This document shows positions 55,625-64,000 of a stretch of 64,000 nt of DNA, piece by piece. The notes under the pieces are model-generated. The model ran no database searches and had not been told where the DNA came from. It saw only the letters and a list, made by a program, of their open reading frames with translations. A program made the translations under genes and the position numbers. Every line of letters begins with the position of its first letter. Position 1 is the stretch's first letter. Source of the DNA: an uncultured Nitrospiraceae bacterium (GTDB lineage Bacteria > Hydrogenedentota > Hydrogenedentia > Hydrogenedentales > SLHB01); NCBI GenBank assembly GCA_964587655.1, contig CAZPMT010000014.1, forward strand, positions 4,289 to 68,288, in the 5' to 3' direction.

Positions 55625-56615
55625 TGAGAAGATCATGCTGGCCCACGGCGGCGGCGGCGCACTTACCCGCGAACTGGTTGAAGGCATCATCGTGCCGGCC
55701 CTCGGCGGGAGCGCGGAAGCCCTCCCGGACGCCGCGATCGTTCCCGGCGCCGAGGATCTTGCCTTTACGACGGATTCGTTCGTGGTGAAGCCGCTGTTCT
55801 TTCGCGGCGGCGATATCGGCAGCCTCAGCGTGCACGGGACAGTAAATGATCTCGCGGTATCCGGCGCGGAACCGTTGGCGCTATCGATGTCGCTGATCCT
55901 CGAAGAGGGGCTCGATATCGCGTTGCTCCGGCGCATCGTCGAGTCAGCGGCGGACGCGGCGCGCGCCTGCGGCATTCGGATCGTCACGGGCGACACGAAA
56001 GTCGTCGCACGCGGTGAAGCCGATCAGATCTTCATTACCACGGCCGGAATCGGACGGCGGCGTCTCCTGCTTTCTCCGAGCGGCCTGAAGGAAGGCGATC
56101 GGGTCCTGATCAACGGTCCGATAGCCGACCACGGGATCGCCGTGATGAGTGAGCGCGAGGGCATCAAATTCGAGACGCTGGTCCGTTCCGATTCCGCTCC
56201 GGTATGGCCCTACGTCCGTGCGTTAATCGAAGGCGGCGTCGAGATACATGCGATGCGCGACCCGACACGCGGCGGCCTCGCTTCAACATGCGTCGAACTC
56301 GCCAACGATTCAGGAGTCACGATTCAACTCGAAGAGGCCGCGCTGCCGGTCAGGCCCGAGGTCCGCGGCGCGTGCGAGATGCTCGGACTCGATCCGCTCA
56401 CTGTGGCGAACGAGGGAAAGGTCGTTGCGTTCATACGCGCGTCTGATGCGGCGAAGGCGCTCGAAATTCTCAGGAACGTGCCGGGAGGTGAACGCGCCGC
56501 GATTATCGGGACCGTCGTTGCCCGGCGATCCGTCGCCGCTTGCCTGCGCACGCGTTTCGGCGGCGAGCGCGTTGTCGAAATGCCCTACGGCGAGGAATTG
56601 CCGCGCATTTGCTAA
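55617..56615 (+). CDS. hypE: Hydrogenase maturation factor HypE (AIR-synthase-like)
   Basis: 'KIMLAHGGGG' N-terminus and C-terminal '...PRIC' terminal Cys, the carbamoylation site. Confidence 0.9.
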   Translation: MADEKIMLAHGGGGALTRELVEGIIVPALGGSAEALPDAAIVPGAEDLAFTTDSFVVKPLFFRGGDIGSLSVHGTVNDLAVSGAEPLALSMSLILEEGLDIALLRRIVESAADAARACGIRIVTGDTKVVARGEADQIFITTAGIGRRRLLLSPSGLKEGDRVLINGPIADHGIAVMSEREGIKFETLVRSDSAPVWPYVRALIEGGVEIHAMRDPTRGGLASTCVELANDSGVTIQLEEAALPVRPEVRGACEMLGLDPLTVANEGKVVAFIRASDAAKALEILRNVPGGERAAIIGTVVARRSVAACLRTRFGGERVVEMPYGEELPRIC

Positions 56616-56627
56616 CCAGCCGCGTGT

Positions 56628-57549
56628 ATGTTTGACGCCAAATCAGTTGAAAGCGCGAGGCTTTACTTTATGAAGCATGAAACAGTGCAAATGGCGCGCT
56701 TCCATCGGCGGACATTTGTCGGACTGTGCGCCGCCGGACTTTGCGCGGCGTCCTGCCGCACAAGGGCGCCCAGTATGTCCAATCGTAAGGAGAGGTCCTC
56801 GGTGGTGGTAATAGGCGGAGGGTTAGGGGGATGTGCCGCGGCGTTGAGCGCAGCGTCTCGGCAATCTGTATGACGTCCCCGAGACAGAGGCCGCGCGTCA
56901 TCTGTACATGGCCAAGCAATTGAGCCTGTCGTTGCTCTATTGGATGCAGACTGAAGCGCCGCGGGCCGATGGCAAGACCGGATGGCCCGGACTGCGCCTG
57001 TGCCCCGCGTTGATGGGCACGGAGGACGGACTGGCCAAGTATCCGTACATCCGCGAATCACGCCGGATTCGCGCCGAGTTCACCGTGCTCGAACAGCACG
57101 TCGGGAAACAAATGCGCACCGAACAGTTTGTCAAACCGCGACAAACTGTGGGCCGCACGGGGCGTGTCGCCGCTGAGCAGTTCGCCGACTCGGTAGGCAT
57201 CGGTTACTATCGGATCGACCTGCATCCGAGCAGTAGCGGCGACAACTATATCGACATTGAGTCGTTACCCTTCCAGATTCCGCTCGGCGCGCTTATCCCA
57301 CGGCGCGTCGAGAACCTCCTGCCCGCGTGCAAGAACCTCGGCGTCACTCATATCACCAACGGCTGTTATCGACTCCATCCCGTTGAATGGAATATCGGCG
57401 AAAGCGCCGGCGCGCTGGCCGCCTTCTGCATCGAACGAAAGACCGTCCCGCGCCGTGTACGCAACACCGCCGCGCTTCTGGCCGATTACCAACGTTCACT
57501 CGAACGGCAGGGAGTCCGTTTGACTTGGCCCGACGAAGCCAAGGCATAA
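56628..57549 (+). pseudogene. FAD-dependent oxidoreductase (FAD_oxidored-like, TAT-exported) inactivated by an internal deletion
   Basis: N-terminal fragment 'MARFHRRTFVGLCAAGLC...[20 protein letters not shown]' (twin-Arg signal plus GxGxxG) stops at 56873. Resumes in another frame with the family C-terminal block '...[21 protein letters not shown]...[10 protein letters not shown]...'. About 250 residues of the middle are missing. Confidence 0.6.
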
Positions 57550-57781
57550 GACGACTTCGGTCATCGGCAAAGATCTCAGCGGTTGTGAAGAGATGCCGTG
57601 CGCGCGCAAAGGTTGCGTCCACTGCGTCCACAAAGCTTCGTCGTAGTGCACCCTCCATGGAACTGGGGCGAAGCCCCAAGTTGAAGGGACCGGAAAAGCA
57701 AGAGGGGCAAGCGCCTTTCCAGACGATTGCCCCCAAGATCAGGCCGCTTAAGCGAGCCGTGTTGGGTCTAACCCGGCTGTG

Positions 57782-60661
57782 CTATTCCGACCGGCGCCAA
57801 TGCCAAGCCGTATCTTCCACATGCTTCGGGTGCGTAAGTATCCGGCCAAGCTCCTTGTTACCGTCCGGGACCTTTGACACGCTGTCCAGGGAATCATGCG
57901 CCTTCTGCAGCTCCGTATCGAGCGGCGCCATATCATCAGGCAGGACGTTGCACGTCAGGAACACCAGCAACTCCGTGCTCTTCTTACTGATTACATTGTT
58001 CCGGAACAGGAAATTCATAACTGGGATATCTCCCAGCACGGGGACCTTCTTCGCCTGGGTCGAGTCATCATACCGGCGCAGCCCCCCGATGAAAATCGTC
58101 TGTCCGTTCCTCGTGCGCAGCGTCGTTTCAGTCGTGCGCTTCGCCTCGATTGGAATATTGTTGAACACGCCGTTCTGACGGCTCTGTTTCGCCATGAGCT
58201 TTGCAATAACATGATCGTCGTGACTGACCTTCGGCGTCACCTCAAGCACAATGCCGATTTCCTTGAAGCTCGTGCTCACCATCGGCGGACCCGTAAGTGA
58301 CTGCTTGGACTCCTGGTACGGAATCTCGTCCGTGATATTGATGCTCGCCTTCTGGTTCTCGACCGTGACCACCACCGGATTCGCGAGAAGCTTCGCGTTC
58401 CGGTTGTCGATCTGCGCCGAAATGGCCGCCTTGATATTGATCTTGTCCGTCAGCAGACCCAGCGACAGGAACCCGGTGCCTACCCGGCTCATATCGCTGA
58501 TAATGTCGCGCTGAATCTGGTCCCCCGTCGAGTCAACCCCGGTCACCGGTCCGAGAAGGCTGCCGATTTGCTGGCCCTTCGCGTTGAAATTGTGGACCGC
58601 CTTGAGCACCCAATCCACACCCGTTTCGGAATCGTCGCTAAGGACCGCGTCCACGATCATCGTATCCACGCTGACCTGCCGCACAGGCATATCCACCTGC
58701 TTGATCAACTCGCGGACCTGATCGAGAACGACCGGTTCGTCTGTCACGACGATATGACGGCTCCGCGTATCAACCGCCACCTTGCCGAAGTCTTTCGAGA
58801 CCATGCTCTGGATCAATTCGACCAGTTCCGATGGCTCCGCATTGTTGATCTTGATCGCCTCCGTGATCGTCGGCGTGACCGGCTTTGCCACGTCCAGTTC
58901 TCGCGCCAGGGCCTCAAATTCCCCCACGCGGGCTTCGGGACCGGCTATAATCAGCATGTTCGTGCTGTCGTTTGCGGAAAGCGAAATCAGCGTGTCGTCG
59001 GGCGAACCCTTCAGCACCGAGTCGAGCGTCTTTTGAATGTCGCCGGCCTTCGCGTTTTCCAGCTTGACCATAACGGTCTTGCGGTTCGCCGACGCGGCTT
59101 CCTGATACGGCACGATCCGATAAATGCCCTCTTCCTCAATGATTCCAAGGTTGTTCATGCGCAAGACCGTGTCGATGGCCTGCCGAAGCGTAACGTTCTT
59201 GAGGCTTGCCGTGACCGCCCCCGTCAGGTCCGCGCCTGCGATCACGTTGATCTGCGCCTTCTGCGCCAACAGCGCCACCACATTTGTCAGGTCCATGTCG
59301 CGGAAATCGATGTTCACGATCTGGTCCATGGGATTGCCCGCGACCACGACTTCCTTCTTCGACGCAGCAGGCGCCGCCTTAGCGGCCTCCGGCGCCGGGG
59401 TCGCCTCCACTTGTGCAGGCGTCGTCACCGCCTGGGCGCCCGATCCTTTCCCGGCAGCCGACATACCCGAAAGCAATTCCTTCATACGCGTCACAACCGG
59501 CTTGCCGGCAGGAGCCGCAGGCTCAGACCTTTTCTCAGGAGGAGGGGCAATCTCCGCGGGCGGCGGCGCGGGTGTTGCTGGAGCCTGCTCAGGGGCCGGC
59601 TGGGCCTCAACAACGGGAGTGGCCTCCGCACTTGCAGGCGGACTCCCCTCGGAGGCCGGTGCAGGAGCCGCAGCAGGTTCGGCCGGAGCATTCTGCTGTT
59701 CCGTAACCGCCGCCAACAACACAACCGGTGGCGGGGCCGCCTCAAACTGCGATGCCTGTACGCTCTCGAGTTCCGCCGCGAGTTGATCAACCCGTGCCGC
59801 AACATTCTTTGCATAGCCGTCAGGCTCAGACACCGGAATTTCCGGCGTTTCAACTTGCGAGAGCAGCGCGAACTCCTGCGCCTTTGCGCGCTGGCGCTGG
59901 GCTTCCTCGATGGCCGTCATGCTCCGGCGCGCGACCGATGCCCCGCCGTAGTACAGATTGCGCACGGCGCCCCGCGCTTGTTCCGCGAGCGCGCGAGCGG
60001 ACGCCGCAATACTGTCGGTATCGACAGCAGCGGGCGTTGCCTCGACGACGGTCTCTTGCTCGGACTCAATGTTCTCAAGCGACGCACGTACATTCTCGAC
60101 CTTACTCTCGACTTCCGGAACGATGCTCGCCGCAACACTGTTTTCCCCGGAGGGCTTCTCAGAAACCGGCCGCAGAACGACCGTGATCGTATTTTCGTCT
60201 TGAGTGACATCGAACGCGCACGACGTGGCCAGATCCACCACCACGCGCGAGACAAACTCAGGTTCCACCGCAAACATGCTTGTGCGAATACGGCGCACCA
60301 CCGCTTCATTATCCGCGGGGATCGTCCCGGAACGAAGGTTCACCGTATTGGCAAGATCGAGGACCACCTTGTTTTCAGCCCTGATCGCAAACGCCTTGTA
60401 CGTTGGCTGTCCACTCGTCTGAAGGGTGACTACCGGACGCTCCGGAGAAGCGTCCAACCGAATCGCGCAGAGCGCCGCCGCGTTGCCCGCGGCCTCCAGC
60501 CGCGCAGCCCCCGCATCGACGCCGCCCTGCCGCTGCAAAGCGGCCCGCACGACCTCGCGCTTGCCTTGCTCAACCCCAGCCGGGTCATCCCCGGCCCACG
60601 CCGCCAGCGACGCACCGGCGGCCAGGGCGGCAATAAGTCCTGTCCGAAAGATAGCAGACAT
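57782..60661 (-). CDS. pilQ: Type IV pilus secretin PilQ (AMIN domain plus secretin domain) with a long Pro/Ala-rich low-complexity linker
   Basis: AMIN-like 'VVTLQTSGQPTYKAFAIRAENKVVLDL'. Secretin C-domain 'VENQKASINITDEIPY...VLEVTPKVS...TTLRTRNGQTIFIGGL...VPVLGDIPVMNFLF'. Confidence 0.85.
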   Translation of the reverse strand: MSAIFRTGLIAALAAGASLAAWAGDDPAGVEQGKREVVRAALQRQGGVDAGAARLEAAGNAAALCAIRLDASPERPVVTLQTSGQPTYKAFAIRAENKVVLDLANTVNLRSGTIPADNEAVVRRIRTSMFAVEPEFVSRVVVDLATSCAFDVTQDENTITVVLRPVSEKPSGENSVAASIVPEVESKVENVRASLENIESEQETVVEATPAAVDTDSIAASARALAEQARGAVRNLYYGGASVARRSMTAIEEAQRQRAKAQEFALLSQVETPEIPVSEPDGYAKNVAARVDQLAAELESVQASQFEAAPPPVVLLAAVTEQQNAPAEPAAAPAPASEGSPPASAEATPVVEAQPAPEQAPATPAPPPAEIAPPPEKRSEPAAPAGKPVVTRMKELLSGMSAAGKGSGAQAVTTPAQVEATPAPEAAKAAPAASKKEVVVAGNPMDQIVNIDFRDMDLTNVVALLAQKAQINVIAGADLTGAVTASLKNVTLRQAIDTVLRMNNLGIIEEEGIYRIVPYQEAASANRKTVMVKLENAKAGDIQKTLDSVLKGSPDDTLISLSANDSTNMLIIAGPEARVGEFEALARELDVAKPVTPTITEAIKINNAEPSELVELIQSMVSKDFGKVAVDTRSRHIVVTDEPVVLDQVRELIKQVDMPVRQVSVDTMIVDAVLSDDSETGVDWVLKAVHNFNAKGQQIGSLLGPVTGVDSTGDQIQRDIISDMSRVGTGFLSLGLLTDKINIKAAISAQIDNRNAKLLANPVVVTVENQKASINITDEIPYQESKQSLTGPPMVSTSFKEIGIVLEVTPKVSHDDHVIAKLMAKQSRQNGVFNNIPIEAKRTTETTLRTRNGQTIFIGGLRRYDDSTQAKKVPVLGDIPVMNFLFRNNVISKKSTELLVFLTCNVLPDDMAPLDTELQKAHDSLDSVSKVPDGNKELGRILTHPKHVEDTAWHWRRSE

Positions 60662-60664
60662 ATG

Positions 60665-61264
60665 CTAAAACTCCTTCAGTGGGTTTTGAATCAGGGAATC
60701 TCCGACCTTGAAGATCACGCGGTCGCGCTCGATCGACTCGACCGTGGTCCCGTCCGCATACACGTACCCCGCGTAGACCACTTCGTTGTCCACCACGGCA
60801 AGCGGACGCCGTTCATCCCACACGATGCCCGACACAACCTTACTCATCACCTGCACCGCCGTGGCCGGGGCAAGCGGCGCTTTTTCCGCGCCTTCCCCTT
60901 CCTTGCGCGTCAGCGTCCCCACCAACGGGGCCATCGGGTCGCGCGGCAGACGGTTCTGCTCGTAATCGAAGTCCACTTCCTTGATCCCCGCCAGCAACTC
61001 GTCGATGTTCACATCCGCCTTCTTGATCTGCATCGGGTTCGACGCGGACTCCTTCCCCGCGTTCCCGGACGCCGTCTTTGCCGCGGACGTTGTCTTTCCT
61101 GCACCCGCCGGCGCGGCGGTCTTCGCGGCCGCCGCGGTCTTTCCTGCCACCGCCGGCGCCACCGGAGGCCCCGGGGCTGGCCGCGTAATCTGAAACAGCA
61201 CCACGCCGACCATTACGATGCCAAGCGCCACTAGAAGGATTATCTTGATGGTTCGTTGGCTCAT
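60665..61264 (-). CDS. pilP: Pilus assembly protein, PilP-like
   Basis: N-terminal TM anchor, Ala/Lys-rich linker and a C-terminal beta-domain. Position between pilO and pilQ with 4-bp overlaps. Confidence 0.55.
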   Translation of the reverse strand: MSQRTIKIILLVALGIVMVGVVLFQITRPAPGPPVAPAVAGKTAAAAKTAAPAGAGKTTSAAKTASGNAGKESASNPMQIKKADVNIDELLAGIKEVDFDYEQNRLPRDPMAPLVGTLTRKEGEGAEKAPLAPATAVQVMSKVVSGIVWDERRPLAVVDNEVVYAGYVYADGTTVESIERDRVIFKVGDSLIQNPLKEF

Positions 61265-61860
61265 GATTTCTTCGCCTCACTCGCGGGTTGTGTTGAGGCG
61301 GCCTCACTCGGCTCGATGAAACGATAGGTGCTCAGCGTGAACGTCGCTTCCGCGACGCCATCTTCCTCTTTGCCCATGTTCAGATCGGAAACCTTCAGAT
61401 AGCGTTGAAACCGCTCAAGGCGGTTGATGAAACCCACAATCTGATGAAAGTCGCCCCGCGCGACCACCGAGTACGGTATTGTCTCCTTGCGTGCATCCGT
61501 CACGCGAAGCATTTGAGAGAGCTCCACCCGCAAACCTATCTCACCAGCGAATCCCTCAAACTGCTTCAGCAGAGTCGGGATCTCGCGACTCTCCGGCAGC
61601 CGTTGCTGGAATTGCGTCACCAACTCCTCCATCTTCGCCGCTTCCGCGCGAAGCGCTTCGATGTTCGTTTCGGCCCGGTTGGCGACCCTCAGATCGACCT
61701 GTATCTGCGCGTCCATGGCGGCCGTCGCGGCAAGGCTAGCCTGCAGCGGATTATATATAAAGAATATGAAAGCGGCGCACAGCAAGACCGTAAATCCCAC
61801 GAGGCCGCCGGCCGCCGCCCAGTCACGCGGTGTGATGCTGCCCTTGAATAATTCCATCAT
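61261..61860 (-). CDS. pilO: Pilus assembly protein PilO
   Basis: TM helix, a coiled-coil segment and a C-terminal ferredoxin-like region. Operon position. Confidence 0.6.
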   Translation of the reverse strand: MMELFKGSITPRDWAAAGGLVGFTVLLCAAFIFFIYNPLQASLAATAAMDAQIQVDLRVANRAETNIEALRAEAAKMEELVTQFQQRLPESREIPTLLKQFEGFAGEIGLRVELSQMLRVTDARKETIPYSVVARGDFHQIVGFINRLERFQRYLKVSDLNMGKEEDGVAEATFTLSTYRFIEPSEAASTQPASEAKKS

Positions 61861-62507
61861 GGGGCCTCTTCTCCTTGCATGATCAGGTACTCCAGAGTGA
61901 AGCTCCGAACGCGATACCCCTTGAACTCCGTGTCGACCAGCTTCGGTGAACTGAACTGGAAAAGGCTCGCGAACTCGGCGTCCTGCTCGAGATTGAACGT
62001 CAGAGGATAAATGTCATTGTTGCCGCCTGGACCCTCAACCACGTACCCCGCGACATCCAGCACGCGCCGCTTCACCGTCACCGGTTTCATCTCTTCCTTC
62101 TTCGTTTTTTCATCGAAGACCAGCCGCATCTCCTTCGTGGTCTTTTCCTTTTCGGTGATCCCACTGTACCAGAAATTGTCCGGCGTCAGCCGGGCAAGGT
62201 TGTGCAACTGCCGCGACCAGATGATGCGATCGCTTACGATCTCCTGGATTATGGACATCTTGTCCGCCAGCTTCAGCTTCTGGTCCGCGAGCCGGTTGCA
62301 CTCGTCCACCACGGGCTTCAAGATGTTCAGCTCGTCCTGATGACTCTGACGATCCGCCTCCTTCGCCGCGATCTGCGTCTGCACTCGCACCCACATCCCC
62401 ATCATGGTCACCAACACTAAAATAAGGATAGCCCCGCTCGCGAGATAAGGCAGAGGACTCCGCTTCACGGGCCGCAAATGATGAGGCAACAGGTTTATCT
62501 TAATCAT
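61857..62507 (-). CDS. pilN: Pilus assembly protein PilN
   Basis: Starts 'MIKINLLP', the PilN consensus, followed by a TM helix and a coiled coil. Confidence 0.7.
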   Translation of the reverse strand: MIKINLLPHHLRPVKRSPLPYLASGAILILVLVTMMGMWVRVQTQIAAKEADRQSHQDELNILKPVVDECNRLADQKLKLADKMSIIQEIVSDRIIWSRQLHNLARLTPDNFWYSGITEKEKTTKEMRLVFDEKTKKEEMKPVTVKRRVLDVAGYVVEGPGGNNDIYPLTFNLEQDAEFASLFQFSSPKLVDTEFKGYRVRSFTLEYLIMQGEEAP

Positions 62508-63778
62508 AGTTCCGCCATCCCTCGCGTCGCCAGACCGACGGCCACCATGAACTGGGCCGGACGGACCATCAAAGCGTCCAGAGCGCGCACGTCTCCAAGG
62601 AGCAACGCGCTCTCTGCCGGATTGGCCACCTCGACCGCCTTCAGCCCAAGCTCTTCGCTCAACACCTCCGATAGCACGCCAACGTGCGCGACGCCGCCGC
62701 TAAGAATTAGCCGGTCAATCGCGTTTTCGTAGAGCTCGTGTTCATAGTAATCGAAAGAACGCCGAACCTCCGAGACCAGCCGCGCAAACGGCCCCGTCAA
62801 CACCTCTCGAAGGTCCTTCCCCTCGCCTTCCTCAACGGGAGACGCCGGCGTCTCCGCTTTCGGAGCGCTTGCCGCCCCCCCAAGCTCGTCCTCAAAAGGA
62901 TCTAGAAGAGAGGAGCCGCCCCGTCCCGATGACGGCGGCTCAATCCTGATCTCGGGAAGATGCTCGTCATCCGCTTCAACCACCGCCTCCCCCCCATCCT
63001 CCGTCTCGGCGATGCTGCCCAGCAACTTCTCCGCCTGGTCATAGTCCACCCGGCGCGCACGCGCAATGGCCTGAATCAGCTCGCGCCCCCCCCAGTTCAC
63101 GTCCCGAATAAAGCTCGAAACACCGTCCTTCACAAAGTGGATGCTGCTCGACGAAAGCCCAATGTTCACCAGGGCCACCGTCTCGCCCACCCGAAGGAAA
63201 TCGCAGATCTCCGCCGCGTCCGCCAGCGCAAGCGAGTCCACCGTCAACATGCTGTACTGCACGTCCGCCGCCGCCGCGGTCTGAACACGGGAATCAATCA
63301 CCTCGTGCTTCGCCGCCACAAGAAGAATCTTCAGGAGCTTATTGTTCCCCTCCATGACCGTGTCCAGAAGCGTCCAGTCAAGGAACACCTCCGACAGATC
63401 ATAGGGAATATGCTGTCCAGCCTCACGTTCAAGCGCCGCCCCGATTTGATCTTCCGGCATCTCCGGCAAACGGGGATACCGAATTACCACCGTCTGGCCC
63501 GGCAACGCCCCCACCACCACACTCTGTTCCACCGACATGGCCCGTACCGCCTCCCTAACGGCATTCGCCTGCGTACCCACCGGATCGACGTTCAGTTGAT
63601 TCCGATCCACCAGCGCATAGCCTGCCGCATCGATACGAAGCCGACCCCCAAACCGTGACATCTGCACGGCCTTAATCGAGTGGGTCCCAATGTCAATTCC
63701 GACCGCCTTCTTCGGTTTCGCAAATAACAAGGCTGTTCTCACTCCACTCGGCCAACGATTCGGCCTTGGGTTGAACAC
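62504..63778 (-). CDS. pilM: Type IV pilus assembly ATPase-like protein PilM (actin-like fold)
   Basis: 'AVGIDIGTHSIKAV' phosphate-1 motif and 'LVNIGLSSS' phosphate-2. The start is uncertain: the ATG at 63778 or an internal TTG at about 63730 preceded by GGAG. Confidence 0.85.
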   Translation of the reverse strand: MFNPRPNRWPSGVRTALLFAKPKKAVGIDIGTHSIKAVQMSRFGGRLRIDAAGYALVDRNQLNVDPVGTQANAVREAVRAMSVEQSVVVGALPGQTVVIRYPRLPEMPEDQIGAALEREAGQHIPYDLSEVFLDWTLLDTVMEGNNKLLKILLVAAKHEVIDSRVQTAAAADVQYSMLTVDSLALADAAEICDFLRVGETVALVNIGLSSSSIHFVKDGVSSFIRDVNWGGRELIQAIARARRVDYDQAEKLLGSIAETEDGGEAVVEADDEHLPEIRIEPPSSGRGGSSLLDPFEDELGGAASAPKAETPASPVEEGEGKDLREVLTGPFARLVSEVRRSFDYYEHELYENAIDRLILSGGVAHVGVLSEVLSEELGLKAVEVANPAESALLLGDVRALDALMVRPAQFMVAVGLATRGMAEL

Positions 63779-64000
63779 ATCCCAGCTGTTCTTAACAGAA
63801 CCAGCTCAAATACTAGGACCGACAGATCCTCCCCATGTATAAGCTCTCACATTCTATCGTATCAGAAATTTCACTTTCTGTCAACTCTTTTCTTCCAGCC
63901 AAGAGCCACGGCCACACCTGACTCCACCATACTAGATATCAAAACGACACGAATAACCGGAAACCATAGGGCGTATTCGGCATACGCCATGCCTAATTCC

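Overview
High-GC (about 60-65% by eye) bacterial chromosomal segment, densely coding on both strands. It begins inside a giant cell-surface protein: at least 12 tandem FG-GAP (integrin-alpha-like) repeats, then FN3/Ig-like domains and a C-terminal hydrophobic helix with a basic tail. Most of the window is a mosaic of carbohydrate-active genes and housekeeping genes. The carbohydrate-active set is a CBM + GH5-like hydrolase, a BNR/Asp-box protein, a >1100-aa putative glycosidase, a GH36 alpha-galactosidase, a GH31/GH13-like TIM-barrel hydrolase, a further secreted GH candidate, a sugar ABC transporter lacking an ATPase, a sodium:solute symporter, an MBOAT acyltransferase, a DegT aminotransferase + Gfo/Idh/MocA pair, a GT5 glycogen-synthase-like transferase and an aldo/keto reductase. 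The housekeeping set is pgsA-der-plsY, rnhA, cysK-metY, cstA, hypF-hypC-hypD-hypE (no hydrogenase structural genes or hypA/hypB in the window) and a tight pilM-pilN-pilO-pilP-pilQ type IV pilus operon at the 3' end. No rRNA, tRNA or CRISPR array was seen. Scars of mobile DNA are present: an IS110-family transposase with a large internal deletion, a fragment of an IS200/RAYT-like Y1 transposase next to a GxxExxY (PD-(D/E)xK) gene that is bracketed by REP-like palindromic hairpins, and an FAD-oxidoreductase pseudogene with an internal deletion. Candidates for undescribed functional units are: (i) a standalone GHKL-ATPase gene co-transcribed with an unknown 362-aa gene beside the IS110 scar; (ii) a 149-bp palindrome-bearing tandem repeat element in a divergent promoter region; (iii) the REP/RAYT-remnant + GxxExxY micro-island; (iv) a low-GC orphan two-TM protein plus a proline-rich micro-ORF upstream of the giant glycosidase; (v) an MBL-hydrolase + Cys-rich AraC regulator pair; (vi) a PilZ + single-domain response regulator pair with overlapping stop/start codons. 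All calls rest on motif and architecture recognition by eye; no database search was possible.
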